NCBI GenBank assembly: GCA_951406725.2
Contig: OX597842.1
Span: 13,020,001-13,084,000 of the forward strand
From: Octopus vulgaris
Lineage: Eukaryota
DNA: 64,000 nt
Direction: 5' to 3'
Below are positions 23,197 through 37,279 of this stretch, piece by piece (position 1 is the first letter of the stretch; every line of letters begins with the position of its first letter). The translations under genes were made by a program, and so were the position numbers. Under the pieces are notes generated by a model that ran no database searches, was not told the DNA's origin, and saw nothing but the letters and a program-made list of their open reading frames with translations.

Positions 23197-26100
23197 CCTA
23201 GGTCAGACCTGATTCAGACAGGCCTATGATCAAAGATGTTCCAGCTGTGACCATCCCATCTTTTATTCAGGCATAGTGTATCTAGGACTACATCATCTAA
23301 TGTATAGTACAGGAGTCAGTAGCTATAGTTGTTGCTTAGCCCTAGGTCAGTCCTGATCCAGACAGGCCTATGATCAAAGATGTTCCAGCTGTGACCATCC
23401 CATCTTTTATTCAGGCATAGTGTATCTAGGACTACATTATCTAATGTATAGTACAGGGGTCAGTAGCTATAGTTGTAGCTTAGCCCTAGGTCAGTCCTGA
23501 TCCAGACAGGCCTATGATCAAAGACATTCCAGCTGTGACCATCCCATCTTTTATTCAGGCATAGTGTATCTAGGACTACATTATCTAATGTATAGTACAG
23601 GAGTTAGTAGCTATAGTTGTTGCTTAGCCCTAGGTCAGTCCTGATCCAGACAGGCCTATGATCAAAGATATTCCAGTTGTGACCATCCCATCTATTATTC
23701 AGGCATAGTGTATCTAGGACTACATTATCTAATGTATAGTACAGGGGTCAGTAGCTATAGTTGTAGCTTAGCCCTAGGTCAGTCCTGATCCAGACAGGCC
23801 TATGATCAAAGACATTCCAGTTGTGACCATCCCATCTTTTATTCAGGCATAGTGTATCTAGGACTACATTATCTAATGTATAGTACAGGAGTTAGTAGCT
23901 ATAGTTGTAGCTTAGCCCTAGGTCAGTCCTGATCCAGACAGGCCTATGATCAAAGACATTCCAGCTGTGACCATCCCATCTTTTATTCAGGCATAGTGTA
24001 TCTAGGACTACATTATCTAATGTATAGTACAGGAGTTAGTAGATATAGTTGTTGCTTAGCCCTAGGTCAGTCCTGATCCAGACAGGCCTATGATCAAAGA
24101 CATTCCAGCTGTGACCATCCCATCTTTTATTCAGGCATAGTGTATCTAGGACTACATTATCTAATGTATAGTACAGGGGTCAGTAGCTATAGTTGTAGCT
24201 TAGCTCTAGGTCAGTCCTGATCCAGACAGGCCTATGATCAAAGACATTCCAGCTGTGACCATCCCATCTTTTATTCAGGCATAGTGTATCTAGGACTACA
24301 TCATCTAATGTATAGTACAGGAGTCAGTAGCTATAGTTGTTGCTTAGCCCTAGGTCAGTCCTGATCCAGACAGGCCTATGATCAAAGATGTTCCAGCAGT
24401 GAACATCCCATCTTTTATTCAGGCATAGTGTATCTAGGACTACATTAACTAATGTATAGTACAGGAGTTAGTATCTATAGTTGTTGCTTAGCCCTAGGTC
24501 AGTCCTGATCCAGACAGGCCTATGATCAAATACATTCCAGCTGTTTCCATCCCATCTTTTATTCAGGCATAGTGTATCTAGGACTACATCATCTAATGTA
24601 TAGTACAGGAGTCAGTATCTATAGTTGTTGCTTAGCCCTAGGTCAGTCCTGATCCAGACAGGCCTATGATCAAAGACATTCCAGCTGTGACCATCCCATC
24701 TTTTATTCAGGCCTAGTGTATCTAGAACTACATTATCTTATGTATAGTACAGGAGTCAGTATCTATAGTTGTTGCTTAGCCCTAGGTCAGTCCTGATCCA
24801 GACAGGCCTATGATCAAAGATATTCCAGTTGTGACCATCCCATCTATTATTCAGGCATAGTGTATCTAGGACTACATTATCTTATGTATAGTACAGGAGT
24901 TAGTATCTATAGTTGTTGCTTAGCCCTAGGTCAGTCCTGATCCAGACAGGCCTATGATCAAAGACATTCCAGCTGTGACCATCCCATCTTTTATTCAGGC
25001 CTAGTGTATCTAGGACTACATTATCTAATGTATAGTACAGGAGTCAGTAGCTATAGTTGTTGCTTAGCCCTAGGTCAGTCCTGATCCAGACAGGCCTATG
25101 ATCAAAGACATTCCAGCTGTGACCATCCCATCTTTTATTCAGGCCTAGTGTATCTAGAACTACATTATCTTATGTATAGTACAGGAGTCAGTATCTATAG
25201 TTGTTGCTTAGCCCTAGGTCAGTCCTGATCCAGACAGGCCTATGATCAAAGATATTCCAGTTGTGACCATCCCATCTATTATTCAGGCATAGTGTATCTA
25301 GGACTACATTATCTTATGTATAGTACAGGAGTTAGTATCTATAGTTGTTGCTTAGCCCTAGGTCAGTCCTGATCCAGACAGGCCTATGATCAAAGACATT
25401 CCAGCTGTGACCATCCCATCTTTTATTCAGGCCGAGTGTATCTAGGACTACATTATCTAATGTATAGTACAGGAGTTAGTAGCTATAGTTGTTGCTTAGC
25501 CCTAGGTCAGTCCTGATCCAGACAGGCCTATGATCAAAGACATTCCAGCTGTGACCATCCCATCTTTTATTCAGACATAGTGTATCTAGGACTACATTAT
25601 CTAATGTATAGTACAGGTGTTAGAAGCTATAGTTGTTGCTTAGCCCTAGGTCAGTCCTCATTCAGACAGGCCTATGACCAAAGATATTCCAGCTGTGACC
25701 ATCCCATCTATAATTACGGCGTAGTGTATCTAGGACTACATTATCTAATGTATAGTACAGGAGTTAGTAGCTATAGTTGTTGCTTAGCCCTAGGTCAGTC
25801 CTGATCCAGACAGACCTATGACCAAAGATGTTCCAGATGTGACCATCCCATCTTTCATTCAGGCCGAGTGTATCTAGGACTACATTATCTAATGTATAGT
25901 ACAGGAGTTAGTAGCTATAGTTGTAGCTTAGCCCTAGGTCAGTCCTGATCCAGACAGGCCTATGACCAAAGATGTTCCAGCTGTGACAATCTAATCTTTT
26001 ATTTAGGCATAGTGTATCTAGGACTACATTATCTAATGTATAGTACAGGAGTTAGTAGCTATAGTTGTTGCTTAGCCCTAGGTCAGTCCTGATCCAGACA

Positions 26101-26510
26101 GGCCTATGATCAAAGAAGTTACAGCTGTTACCATCGCATCTATAATTCAGGCCTAGTGTATCTAGGACTACATTATCTAATGTATAGTACTGGAGTCAGT
26201 AGCTATAGTTGTTGCTTAGCCCTAGGTCAGTCCTGATCCAGGCAGACCTATCACCAAAGATGTTCCCGTTGTAACCATCCATTCTTTCATTCAGGCCTAG
26301 TGTATCTAGGACTACATTATCTAATGTATAGTACAGGAGTTAGTAGCAATAGTTGTTGCTTAGCCCTAGGTCAGTCCTGATCCAGACAGACCGATGATCA
26401 AAGATCTTCCAGTTGTGACCATCGAGTCTTTTATTCAGGCCTAGTGTATCTTGGACTACATTATCTAATGTACAGTATAGGCGTTAGTATTAGTAGCTAT
26501 AGCTGTTGTT
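23197..26510. repeat. 144-bp satellite, ~23 copies
   Basis: CCTAGGTCAG at 23341, 24061, 24781, 25501 and 26221 (720 = 5 x 144). Confidence 0.97.
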
Positions 26511-26813
26511 TAGTAGCAGGTCGCCATTTTGCCGCTATTAACTTGTTATACATTAATCTTTCATAAATAGTTTCTGTGCTTAATTAGTTAGAAATTATGT
26601 CATTAAATCCTCATTAAATTGCGGTTTTGTATTTTTTTCAAAGTTAGAATGAATTGGGCCAAAGGACTTCATATTGTTATTGCATTGGTGGCGGCAGTTG
26701 TGGTGGCGGTGATGGTGGTGGTGGTGATGTTAGCGGTGGTGGTGCAGACCGTTTTAATTTATGTGTGTATACATGGGCCTCTATGCTTGGCTGCGCATGC
26801 AAGTATATATGTA

Positions 26814-27740
26814 GGCGTAGGAGTGGCTTTGTGGTAAGTAGCTAGCTAACCAACCACATGGTTCCGGGTTCAGTCCCACTGCGTGGCACCTTGGGCAAGT
26901 GTTTTCTACTATAGCCTTAGGCCAACCAAAGCCTTGTGAGTGGATTTGGTAGACGGAAACTGAAAGAAACCTGTCATTTATATGTATATAGGTGTAAGAG
27001 TGGCTGTGTGTTAAGTAGGTTGCTTACCAACCACATGGTTTTGGGTTCAGTCCCACTGCGTGGCACCTTGGGCAAGTGTCTTCTATTATAGCCTCGGGCT
27101 GACCAAAGCCTTGTTAATGGATTTGGTAGACGGAAACTGAGAGAAGCCCGTCGTATATATGTATATAGGCGTAGGAGAGGTCGTGTGGTAAGTAGCTTGC
27201 TTACCAACCACATGGTTCCGGGTTCAGTCCCACTGCGTGGGATCTTGGGCAAGTGTCTTCTGCTATAGTCCCGGGCCGACCAAAACCTTGTGAATGGATT
27301 TGGTAGACGGAAACTGAAAGAAGCCTCTCATATATATGTATATAGGCGTAGGAGTGGCTGTGTGGTAAGTAGCTTGCTTACCAACCACATGGTTCCGGGT
27401 TCTGTCCCACTGCGTTGCACCTTGGGCAAGTGTCTTCTACTACAGCCTCGGGCCGACCAAAGCCTTGTGAATGGATTTGGTAGACGGAAACTGAAAGAAG
27501 CCTGTCGTATATATGTATATATATATGTGCGTGTATGTTTGTGTGACTTTGTTTGTCCCCCTTGCATTGCTTTACAACCGATACTGGTGTGTTTACGTTC
27601 CTGTAAATTAGCGTTTCTTCATTATAAGAGACCGATAAAATAAGTACTAGGCTTACGAAGAATAAGTCCCGGGGTCGATTTGCTCGACTAAAGGCGGTGC
27701 TCCAGCATGGCTGCAGTCATATGACTGAAACAAGTAAAAG
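26814..27740 (+). repeat. Four tandem SINE A 5' halves (~177-bp period); the last continues into a full SINE A
   Basis: Heads at ~26814, 26991, 27168 and 27345. Confidence 0.88.
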
Positions 27741-27819
27741 ACTATATGTAAATACACATACATGCATTGTATTTATAAGTGTGTGTATGTGCTTGTTGGT
27801 GTGTGTGTATGTGTGTATG

Positions 27820-28395
27820 GTTTCTGATTACAAATATCTTGGGTCATACATATCATCATCTGGAAAAGACTTTCTAACTAGAAAGGGTATGGCCTGGTCA
27901 GCCTGTAATGACATGCATAAGATCTGGTCATCAAATCTAAGTAGAGAACTTCAAACTTGAAATCTTCAAAGCCACAGTCGAACCAATTCTACTCTATGGC
28001 TCAGAAACCTGGACGTTATCAAAGAAGCTTGAGAGGCGGTTGGATGGAACCTACACTCGCCTCTTTATGAAAGCTCAAAATCTCTCGTGGAAGCGTCATC
28101 CAACCGAAGTACAAATATATGGGAAACTACCACCTGTGTCATCTCTTGTGAAAGGTAAGAGAGTCCAGTTTGCTGGACATTGTTGTAGAATTGAAAACGA
28201 AGTAATTTCTACTCTTCTCCTCTGGAAACCATCTGCTCGCAATACCAGAGGGCGCACACTCTCCTACCCTGATGTAATATCCAGGGATACAGGCATCCAG
28301 CAACAGGACCTCCGTAATGCCATGATGGACCGTGAGGTCTGGCGTAGCATGGTAAATTCCATTGTCTCGACCACGGTCGAACAATGATGATGGTG

Positions 28396-28426
<31 letters not shown>

Positions 28427-29318
28427 AAATCTTCAAAGCCACAGTCGAACCAATTCTACTCTATGGCTCAGAAAACTGGACGTTATCAAAGAAGCTTGAG
28501 AGGCGGTTGGATGGAACCTACACTTGCCTCCTTATGAGAGCTCAAAATCTCTCGTGGAGGCGCCATCCAACCAAAATGCAAATGTATGGGAAATTACCAC
28601 CTGTGTCATCTCTTGTGAAAGGTAGGATAGTCCAGTTTGCTGGACATTGTTGTAGAGCTGAAAACAAGGTAATTTCTACTCTTCTCCTCTGGAAGCCATC
28701 TGCTCGCGATACCAGAGGCTGCACACTCTCCTACCCTGATGTAATCTCCAGGGATATAGGCATCCAGCAACAGGACCTCCGTAATGCCATGATGGACCGT
28801 GAAGTCTGGCGTAGCATCGTAAATTCCATTGTCTCGACCACGGTCGAACAGTGATGATGATGATCTATCTATCCATCTATCAAATCTTCAAAGCCACAGT
28901 CGAACCAATTCTACTATATGGCTCAGAAACCTGGATGTTATTAAAGAAGCTTGAGAAGCGGTTGGATGGAACCTACACTCGCCTCCTTATGAGAGCTCAA
29001 AATCTCTCGTGGAAGCGTCATCCAACCAAAATGCAAATGTATGGGAAACTATCACCCCTGTCATCTCTTGTGAAAGGTAGAAGAGTCCAGTTTGCTGGAC
29101 ATTGTTGTAGAGCTGAAAACAAGGGAATTTCTACTTTTCTCCTCTGGAAGCCATCTACTCGCAATACCAGAGGCCGCACACTCTCCTACCCTGATGTAAT
29201 CTCCAGGGATACAGGCATCCAGCAACAGGATCTCCGTGATGCTATGATGGACAGTGAGGTCTGGCGTAGCATGGTAAATTCCATTGTCTCGACCACGGTC
29301 GAACAGTGATGATGAATG

Positions 29319-29413
<95 letters not shown>

Positions 29414-29850
29414 AAATCTTCAAAGCCACAGTCGAACCAATTCTACTATATGGCTCAGAAACCTGGATGTTATCAAAGAAGCTTGAGAGGCAGTTGGATG
29501 GAACCTACACTCGCCTCCTTATGAGACCTCAAAATCTCTCATGGAAGCGCCATCCAACCAAAATGCAAATGTATGGAAAACTACCACCTGTGTCATCTCT
29601 TGTGAAAGGTAGGAGAGTCCAGTTTGCTGGACATTGTTGTAGAATTGAAAACAAGGGAATTTCTACTTTTCTCCTCTGGAAGCCATCTACTCGCGATACC
29701 AGAGGGCGTACACTCTCCTACCCTGATGTAATCTCCAGGGATACAGGCATCCAGCAACAAGACCTCCGTAATTCCATGATGGACCGTGAAGTCTGGCGTA
29801 GCATGGTAAATTCCATTGTCTCGACCACGGTCGAACAGTGATGATGAATG
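27820..29850 (+). mobile_element. Four tandem 3' fragments of an RTE-clade LINE separated by (TGA)n/(TCTA)n
   Basis: YKYLGS and IFKATVEPILLYGSETWTL...RVQFAGHCCR...MMDREVWR motifs. Each copy ends in a (TGA)n tail. Confidence 0.88.
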
Positions 29851-30119
29851 ATATTTGTGTGTGCTCGTGACTGAGAATAAGCCAAAGGGCTCGAAATTCA
29901 GTCACTCTTGCGATCCTGTTACCTTCTTAAATGGTTATAAGGGTTCACTCCCCTTGCTAACTTGTATTTACATCACAGCTATATGGTATATAAGGGGTGC
30001 AGATTCATACCGATAACCAGATGGCGGACAATCTGCTTGGGGTTAAACCAGTAGTAACACCGAAACAGCCACTTTGAAGTGGCGGCAGAATTTATTATGT
30101 ATATATATATATATATTTC

Positions 30120-30649
<530 letters not shown>

Positions 30650-30877
30650 GACTACCTATAGGACAATACTTTTACGGATGCTTCTTAAAGTGTCCTTCAT
30701 TTCGCCATGAAAAGCAGCGCAGGATACTTGTCTGCTATTTCTGGCACAAGGTTACTGTGCGGTTAGTGATTAAGTGGAGGCAACTGTATAAATACAAGCA
30801 ATGTATCAGAAAGTTGTCTCCCTTAGAAAAACCAAGCGAGTCAGAGGGATAAATATGTGATGAGATGACACAGACAG

Positions 30878-31143
<266 letters not shown>

Positions 31144-32356
31144 AACTTTTTATTGTGGCCACACAGGGCTAAACACAGAATAAAAATGGACGAAATACAA
31201 CGTAGAGTTTTTTTCTTTTCGAAGTGGGATGGGTGGGACAAAAAAAAAACACGTTCGATCAATAGGGATCTGTGGGTTGTGTGGTGTATAAAAAAGCAAT
31301 ATATATATATATATAAGGTTCACAGTTTAGGTGTAGCCTTGGAAAGAAAAACCTACAAAAAAGACCAAGGTCACCTCAGACAATTCGAAAAAGATCACAT
31401 GAGTAAGTCGCCTTACTTCTCGTTGTCTCTTTTGGTTACAGATTTATGCTTAAAATAGTGTCGTCTTTCATACTGACCATTTTTGCCACTTTTACCCACT
31501 TTCTATTAAAACATTCGTTCGACAAAGCCTTCCTCTCTATTCTCATCCTCCTTTTCAAGTGGTACTTGAAAAAGTTGACGAGAGACTGACCAGAGAGGAA
31601 GGTGTTTGTTTGCAGTTCTTTCAAACGCGTCCACCACACACATTCTTTCGCCATAGCCATCAGCGTAACGAAAACCGTTTTCCCTTCCCGTTTAAAGGAA
31701 GGTGGTGGAACAATATTCACGATAGACTCGGCCGATAGGCGAGCCCGACCTACACGTGACAACAGCTGTTCGACGAAGGACCACAGCTCTGAAATATCTG
31801 GACACTGCACGAGTGCGTGCAGAACGGTTTCGTCGCTCTGACCGCATCTCGGGCAGGTCGGTCCGGTGATGGTTTTCGAACCGTGTCTGTAGCTCTTCTC
31901 TCGAACAGGTAGTGCGTCTCGATAGCACTGCCAAGCCAGGGATTTCTGGAAGTTATCCATAGGCCCCGACCCGAACGTCGTCCTGAACAGGCGGGTTAGG
32001 AATTCTTCGTCGACGCCCAGGTTTGCCCCGAGTGTGTCGTCGGACCTCCCCTCCACTAGTCCTCTATAGAACGCTTTAGTCGTTTGGAAGTTGCACAAGT
32101 TTGACCCCGGTCGGCAGAGCTGCTGTAGAGCTTGGCGACACTCTCGGTGCCAATCGCCCAGTTTCGGTCTCTTCTTGATCCACGTTTGCAGTTCGGTCAG
32201 TGAGACGAGCTGCGGGAAGTCGCGCCTCACAAACGGCGCCCACACCTGTTCACCGTCGTCGATGAAGTTCCATAGATGTCGCAGTATCAGCGCATGCCTG
32301 CGCATCATCAACCACGAAATGCCCAGTCCTCCATTCAACGGATGTTGACAGCAAAT
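31144..32356 (-). mobile_element. 5'-truncated Tx1/L1-clade LINE (ORF2 C-terminus with zf-RVT, plus 3' UTR)
   Basis: ORF 31436-32338: NGGLG, LPVRE, CPRCGQSDETVLHALVQC, VWWTR. The tail ends in an A-run, then (TATC)n. Confidence 0.88.
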
Positions 32357-32518
32357 GTTTGATTTGCCTAATAGTGGTTTTATATGTAATTTAATATAAT
32401 ATATATATATATATATATATATTTTTATACTATAAAATTAGATTTAATCCCAAATATAGTTTTTCCCTGTAAGTTTGGATTTACTCCCTAATATTATTAT
32501 TATTATTATATGTATGTA

Positions 32519-32551
<33 letters not shown>

Positions 32552-32641
32552 TTGGGCAAATGTCTTCTACTATAGCCTCGGACCGACCAAAGCCTTGTGA
32601 GTGGATTTGATAGACGGAAACTGAAAAAAGCCCGTCGTATA

Positions 32642-32699
<58 letters not shown>

Positions 32700-32713
32700 T
32701 ATACATATGTATT

Positions 32714-32788
<75 letters not shown>

Positions 32789-33044
32789 GTGAAACTAATA
32801 AAAAGTATTGAAAGTGAAAAAGATTCAAAGTGCAAACATTATATCACATTACAATAGAGATGTTATTGTTTCACTTTTGACACGTAATACCGAAATAGTC
32901 TAACTCGCATTAGGCGAGAAGTTGAAAATTGTTTTGGCCCATGATACTCCATGGACCCTGAGTCAGGCATGTGTAAAATTTGAATGAAATCGGTTTGGTA
33001 GTTCAAGAGGTTTGGTGATGCACACGTACACACAGACAGATATA

Positions 33045-33700
33045 TATTTCTTTATTGCACACAGGTGGCTAAACATAGAAGGGACAAACAAGGACAAAGG
33101 GATTAAGTCAATTACATCGACCCCAGTGCGTAACTGGTACTTATTTAATCGATTCCGAGATATGAAAGGCAAAGTCGACGGAATTTGAACCCAGAACATG
33201 AAGACAGATGAAATACGTATTTCTTTACTACCCACAAGGGCCTAAACACAGAGAGGACAAACAAGGACAGACAAACGGATAAATCAATTATATCGACCCC
33301 AGTGCGTAACTGGTACTTTATTTAATCGATGCCGAAATGATGAAAGGTAAAGTTGACCTCGGTGGAATTTGAACTCATAACATAACGGCAGACGAAATAC
33401 CGCTAAGCATTTCGCCCGGCGTGCTAACCATTCTGCCAGTTTGAATAGTACTGCCCAGGTGTAGAAACAATATATTTCTTTACTATCCACAAGGGGCTAA
33501 ACATAGAGGGGACAAACAAGGACAGAAAACGGATTAAGTCGATTACATCGACCCCAGTGCGTAACTGGTACTGTATTTATCGACCCCGAAAGGATGAAAG
33601 GCAAAGTCTGCCACGGCGGAATTTGAACTCAGAACGTAACGTCAGACGAAATACCGCTAAGCATTTCGCCCGGCGCGCTAACGCTTCTGCCAGCTCGCCG
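33045..33700 (-). mobile_element. Cluster of three SINE B copies
   Basis: Reverse complement of the family B consensus, with heads at ~33440 and ~33700. Confidence 0.85.
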
Positions 33701-33823
33701 CCAGGTGTAGAAACAATAGTGATATCCGTGGGGCAGCTGATGATGGAGCTATGCTGGATTGTTGGTATGGATGTTATTGTATGTGCGGAATAGTTTTATA
33801 ACACATCCAACTCGCCACCCTAC

Positions 33824-33923
<100 letters not shown>

Positions 33924-33995
33924 GTCTGTCAGTTAGTCAGTCTGTCTGTCTGTCTGTCTCTCTGCCTGCACGCCTGTCTGTCTGTCAGTCAGTCA

Positions 33996-34048
<53 letters not shown>

Positions 34049-34074
34049 ACTTTTTTTTATTTTATTTTATTTTA

Positions 34075-34120
34075 TCTAGTTTCAGCGCACGAGCTGTGGC
34101 CACGCTGGGGCACCGCCATT
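34075..34120 (-). mobile_element. ~50-bp tail-only copy of the CR1/L2-group LINE
   Basis: AAATGGCGGTGCCCCAGCGTGGCCACAGCTCGTGCGCTGAAACTAGAT plus (AAAAT)n. Confidence 0.75.
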
Positions 34121-34370
34121 TATACACTATCTATATATAATATATACATATACGTCGTGCCTTATTACTTAACACTCAGCGATTTGAGTCCCACTCATTT
34201 AGAAATATATTAATAAATAAATAAATGAGTGGAAATCGAACCGGTGAGTGTGTTAATTAACGAGGCACCTAAAGGAGAAAGGCTCTCCCCAGACACAACA
34301 AAATATGATTCGACACACGAATTCACATCAAGAATCTTGCAAACCAAAAACAAAAACGACATATATGTAT

Positions 34371-34421
<51 letters not shown>

Positions 34422-34492
34422 TACACACACATATATATATATATATATACACACACATACACACACACACACATATATATATACACACATTA

Positions 34493-34724
34493 AGGCGGCG
34501 AGCTGGTAGAAACGTTAGCACGCCGGGCAAAATTCGTAGCCGTATTTCGTCTGTCGTTACGTTCCGAGTTCAAATTCCGCCGAGGTCGACTTTGCCTTTC
34601 ATCCTTTCGGGGTCGATAAATTAAGTACCAGTTACGCACTGGGTTCGATGTAGTCGACTTAATACCTTTGTCTGTCCTTGTTTGTCCCCTCTGTGTTTAG
34701 CCCCTTGTGAGTAGTAAAGAAATA
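34493..34724 (+). mobile_element. tRNA-derived SINE family B, full length
   Basis: A-box TGGTAGAAACG, B-box GAGTTCAAATTCC, central GCCTTTCATCCTTTCGGGGTCGATAAATTAAGTACCAG, and tail TGTGTTTAGCCCCTTGTG..TAAAGAAATA. Confidence 0.9.
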
Positions 34725-34899
34725 TATATATATATACACACATACACATACGCACATATATATTTATACATGTGTATAAGGGTTGAATGTGGATTCGTTG
34801 TTTAATTGAAGGTTTCCAAACAAAATGTCTAATGTTGATTCTTCATACTTTGCTGGGATTTTAGAGGCGTAAATTTTAGAACATATGGAAGTAGTACTT

Positions 34900-35968
34900 A
34901 CTCTTTTACTCTTTTACTCTTTTACTTGTTTCAGTCATTTGACTGCGGCCATGCTGGAGCACCGCCTTTTTTTAATCGAGCAAACTCGACCCCGGGACTT
35001 ATTCATTTGTAAGCCCAGTACTTATTCTACCGGTCTCTTTTGCCAAGTAACGGGGACATAAACACACCAGCATCAGTTGTCAAGCAATGCTAGGGGGACA
35101 AACACACACACGCATATATATATATATACATATATACGACGGGCTTCTTTCAGTTTCCGTCTACCAAATCCACTCACAAGGCTTTGGTCGGCCCGAGGCT
35201 ATAGTAGAAGACACTTGCCCAACGTGCCTCGCAGTGGGACTGAACCCGGAACCATGTGGTTGGTAAACAAGCTACTTATCACACAGCCACCCCTGCACGT
35301 ATACTACGAGCTTCTTTCAGTTTCCGTCTACCAAATCCACTCACAAGGCTTTGGTCGGCCCGAGGCTATAGTAGAAGACACTTGCCCAAGGTGCCTCGCA
35401 GTGGGACTGAACCCGGAACCATGTGGTTGGTAAACAAGCTACTTACCACACAGCCACCCCTGCACGTATACTACGAGCTTCTTTCAGTTTCCGTCTACCA
35501 AATCCACTCACAAGGCTTTGGTCGGCCCGAGGCTATAGTAGAAGACACTTGCCCAAGGTGCCTCGCAGTGGGACTGAACCCGGAACCATGTGGTTGGTAA
35601 ACAAGCTACTTATCACACAGCCACCCCTGCACGTATACTACGAGCTTCTTTCAGTTTCCGTCTACCAAATCCACTCACAAGGCTTTGGTCGGCCCGAGGC
35701 TATAGTAGAAAACACTTGCCCAAGGTCCCACGCAGTGGGACTGAACCCGGAACCATGTGGTTGGTAAGCAAGCTACTTACCACACAGCCACCCCTGCACG
35801 TATACTACGAGCTTCTTTCAGTTTCCGTCTACCAAATCCACTCACAAGGCTTTGGTCGGCCCGAGGCTATAGTAGAAGACACTTGCCCAAGGTCCCACGC
35901 AGTGGGACTGAACCCGGAACCATATGGTTGGTAAGCAAGCTACTTACCACACAGCTACTCCTGCGCCT
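34900..35968 (-). repeat. SINE A with five tandem 5' halves (167-bp period)
   Basis: Near-identical pseudo-ORFs start at 35256, 35423, 35590 and 35757. Confidence 0.9.
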
Positions 35969-35969
35969 T

Positions 35970-37279
35970 ATAACGTACGGATTTCTTTTTTGCGGGTTTG
36001 TTATAAAGAACAAGGTTTATGAGAAGAACCTCAAAACAGTAAATCTTTATATATAAAAGTGAAGTTGTGTGCTGTCTGTCTCCTACGATTTAGATTCCTA
36101 ACTACTCCCACATTTTGCGGTGCAGTTTAACCGAAACCGGGTATCTTATAGTCGTGATCCATATCGAGCCCTCCTGGGTATTAGCGCGCGTCTACGATGA
36201 GTCTACGATTTAAAAAAAAAATTACCATCATTTTTTTCCATTTTTTCGCTCTTATATAAGGGAAGTAACTCTCTAAAAATGTCTACGATGAGTTAACGAT
36301 TTAAAAAAAAAATTACCATCATTTTTTTCCCATTTTTTCGCTATTATATAAGGGAAGTAACTCTCTAAAAATGTCTACGATGAGTTAACGACTTAAAAAA
36401 AAAATTACCATCATTTTTTTCCATTTTTTCGCTCTTATATAAGGGAAGTAACTCTCTAAAAATGTCTACGATGAGTTAACGATTTAAAAAAAAAATTACC
36501 ATCATTTTTTCCCCATTTTTTCGCTATTATATAAGGGAAGTAACTCTCTAAAAATGTCTACGATGAGTTAACGACTTAAAAAAAAAATTACCATCATTTT
36601 TTTCCATTTCTTCGCTATTATATAAGGGAAGTCACTCTCTAAAAATGTCTACGATGAGTTAACGATTTAAAAACAAATTTACCATCATTTTTTTCCCATT
36701 TTTAATGCATTTTTTCGCTATTATATAAGGGAAGTAACTCTCTAAAAATGTCTACGATGAGTCAACGATAAAAAAAAAATTACCATAATTTTTTATTCCA
36801 TTTTAATGCATTTTTTCGCTATTATATAAGGGAAGTAACTCTCTAAAAATGTCTACGATGAGTCAACAATTTAAAAAAAAAATTACCATCATTTTTTTTC
36901 TCCATTTTTAATGCATTTTTTTTTGCTATTTTTTGGCTATAACTCTCTAAAAATGCTTATATAGTTATTTCCCTTACAAGCCCGAGCAACGCCGGGCGAT
37001 ACTGCTAGTGAATTATAAGATTACATTTCTGAGGAATTTCACAGAAATTGATGGCGATCGGAGTGTGTGCTGCACTATGTGTCGGAGTGTTCTCAAGACG
37101 TTTGAAGAATGTTGGAATGTTGAAAGAGAACATTTTGAGCACCTGAAAGATTAAACATCGTCTGCTGAGGATGTGCATAAACAATATGATTATAAGATAG
37201 GAATTTAAAATGTAATAGAATGCTTTTATAGAAATTTGAAGTGCCAACGTGGTAACTGTAACCCTACTTTGGGGCGTCC

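Noticed and set aside
23197-26510. CRISPR-like array or hammerhead-bearing satellite
   Set aside because: Contiguous units with no unique spacers. CTGATCC is not a CUGANGA core, and there is no paired GAAA.
26814-26890. tRNA genes at SINE heads
   Set aside because: A/B boxes are present but no complete cloverleaf is evident, and each continues into a SINE body.
29865-29905. Hammerhead-like GTGACTGAGAATAAGCC..GGCTCGAAATTCAGTCAC
   Set aside because: Core CTGAGAA breaks the 3-8 pair and stem III cannot be built; at best a decayed motif or a simple hairpin.
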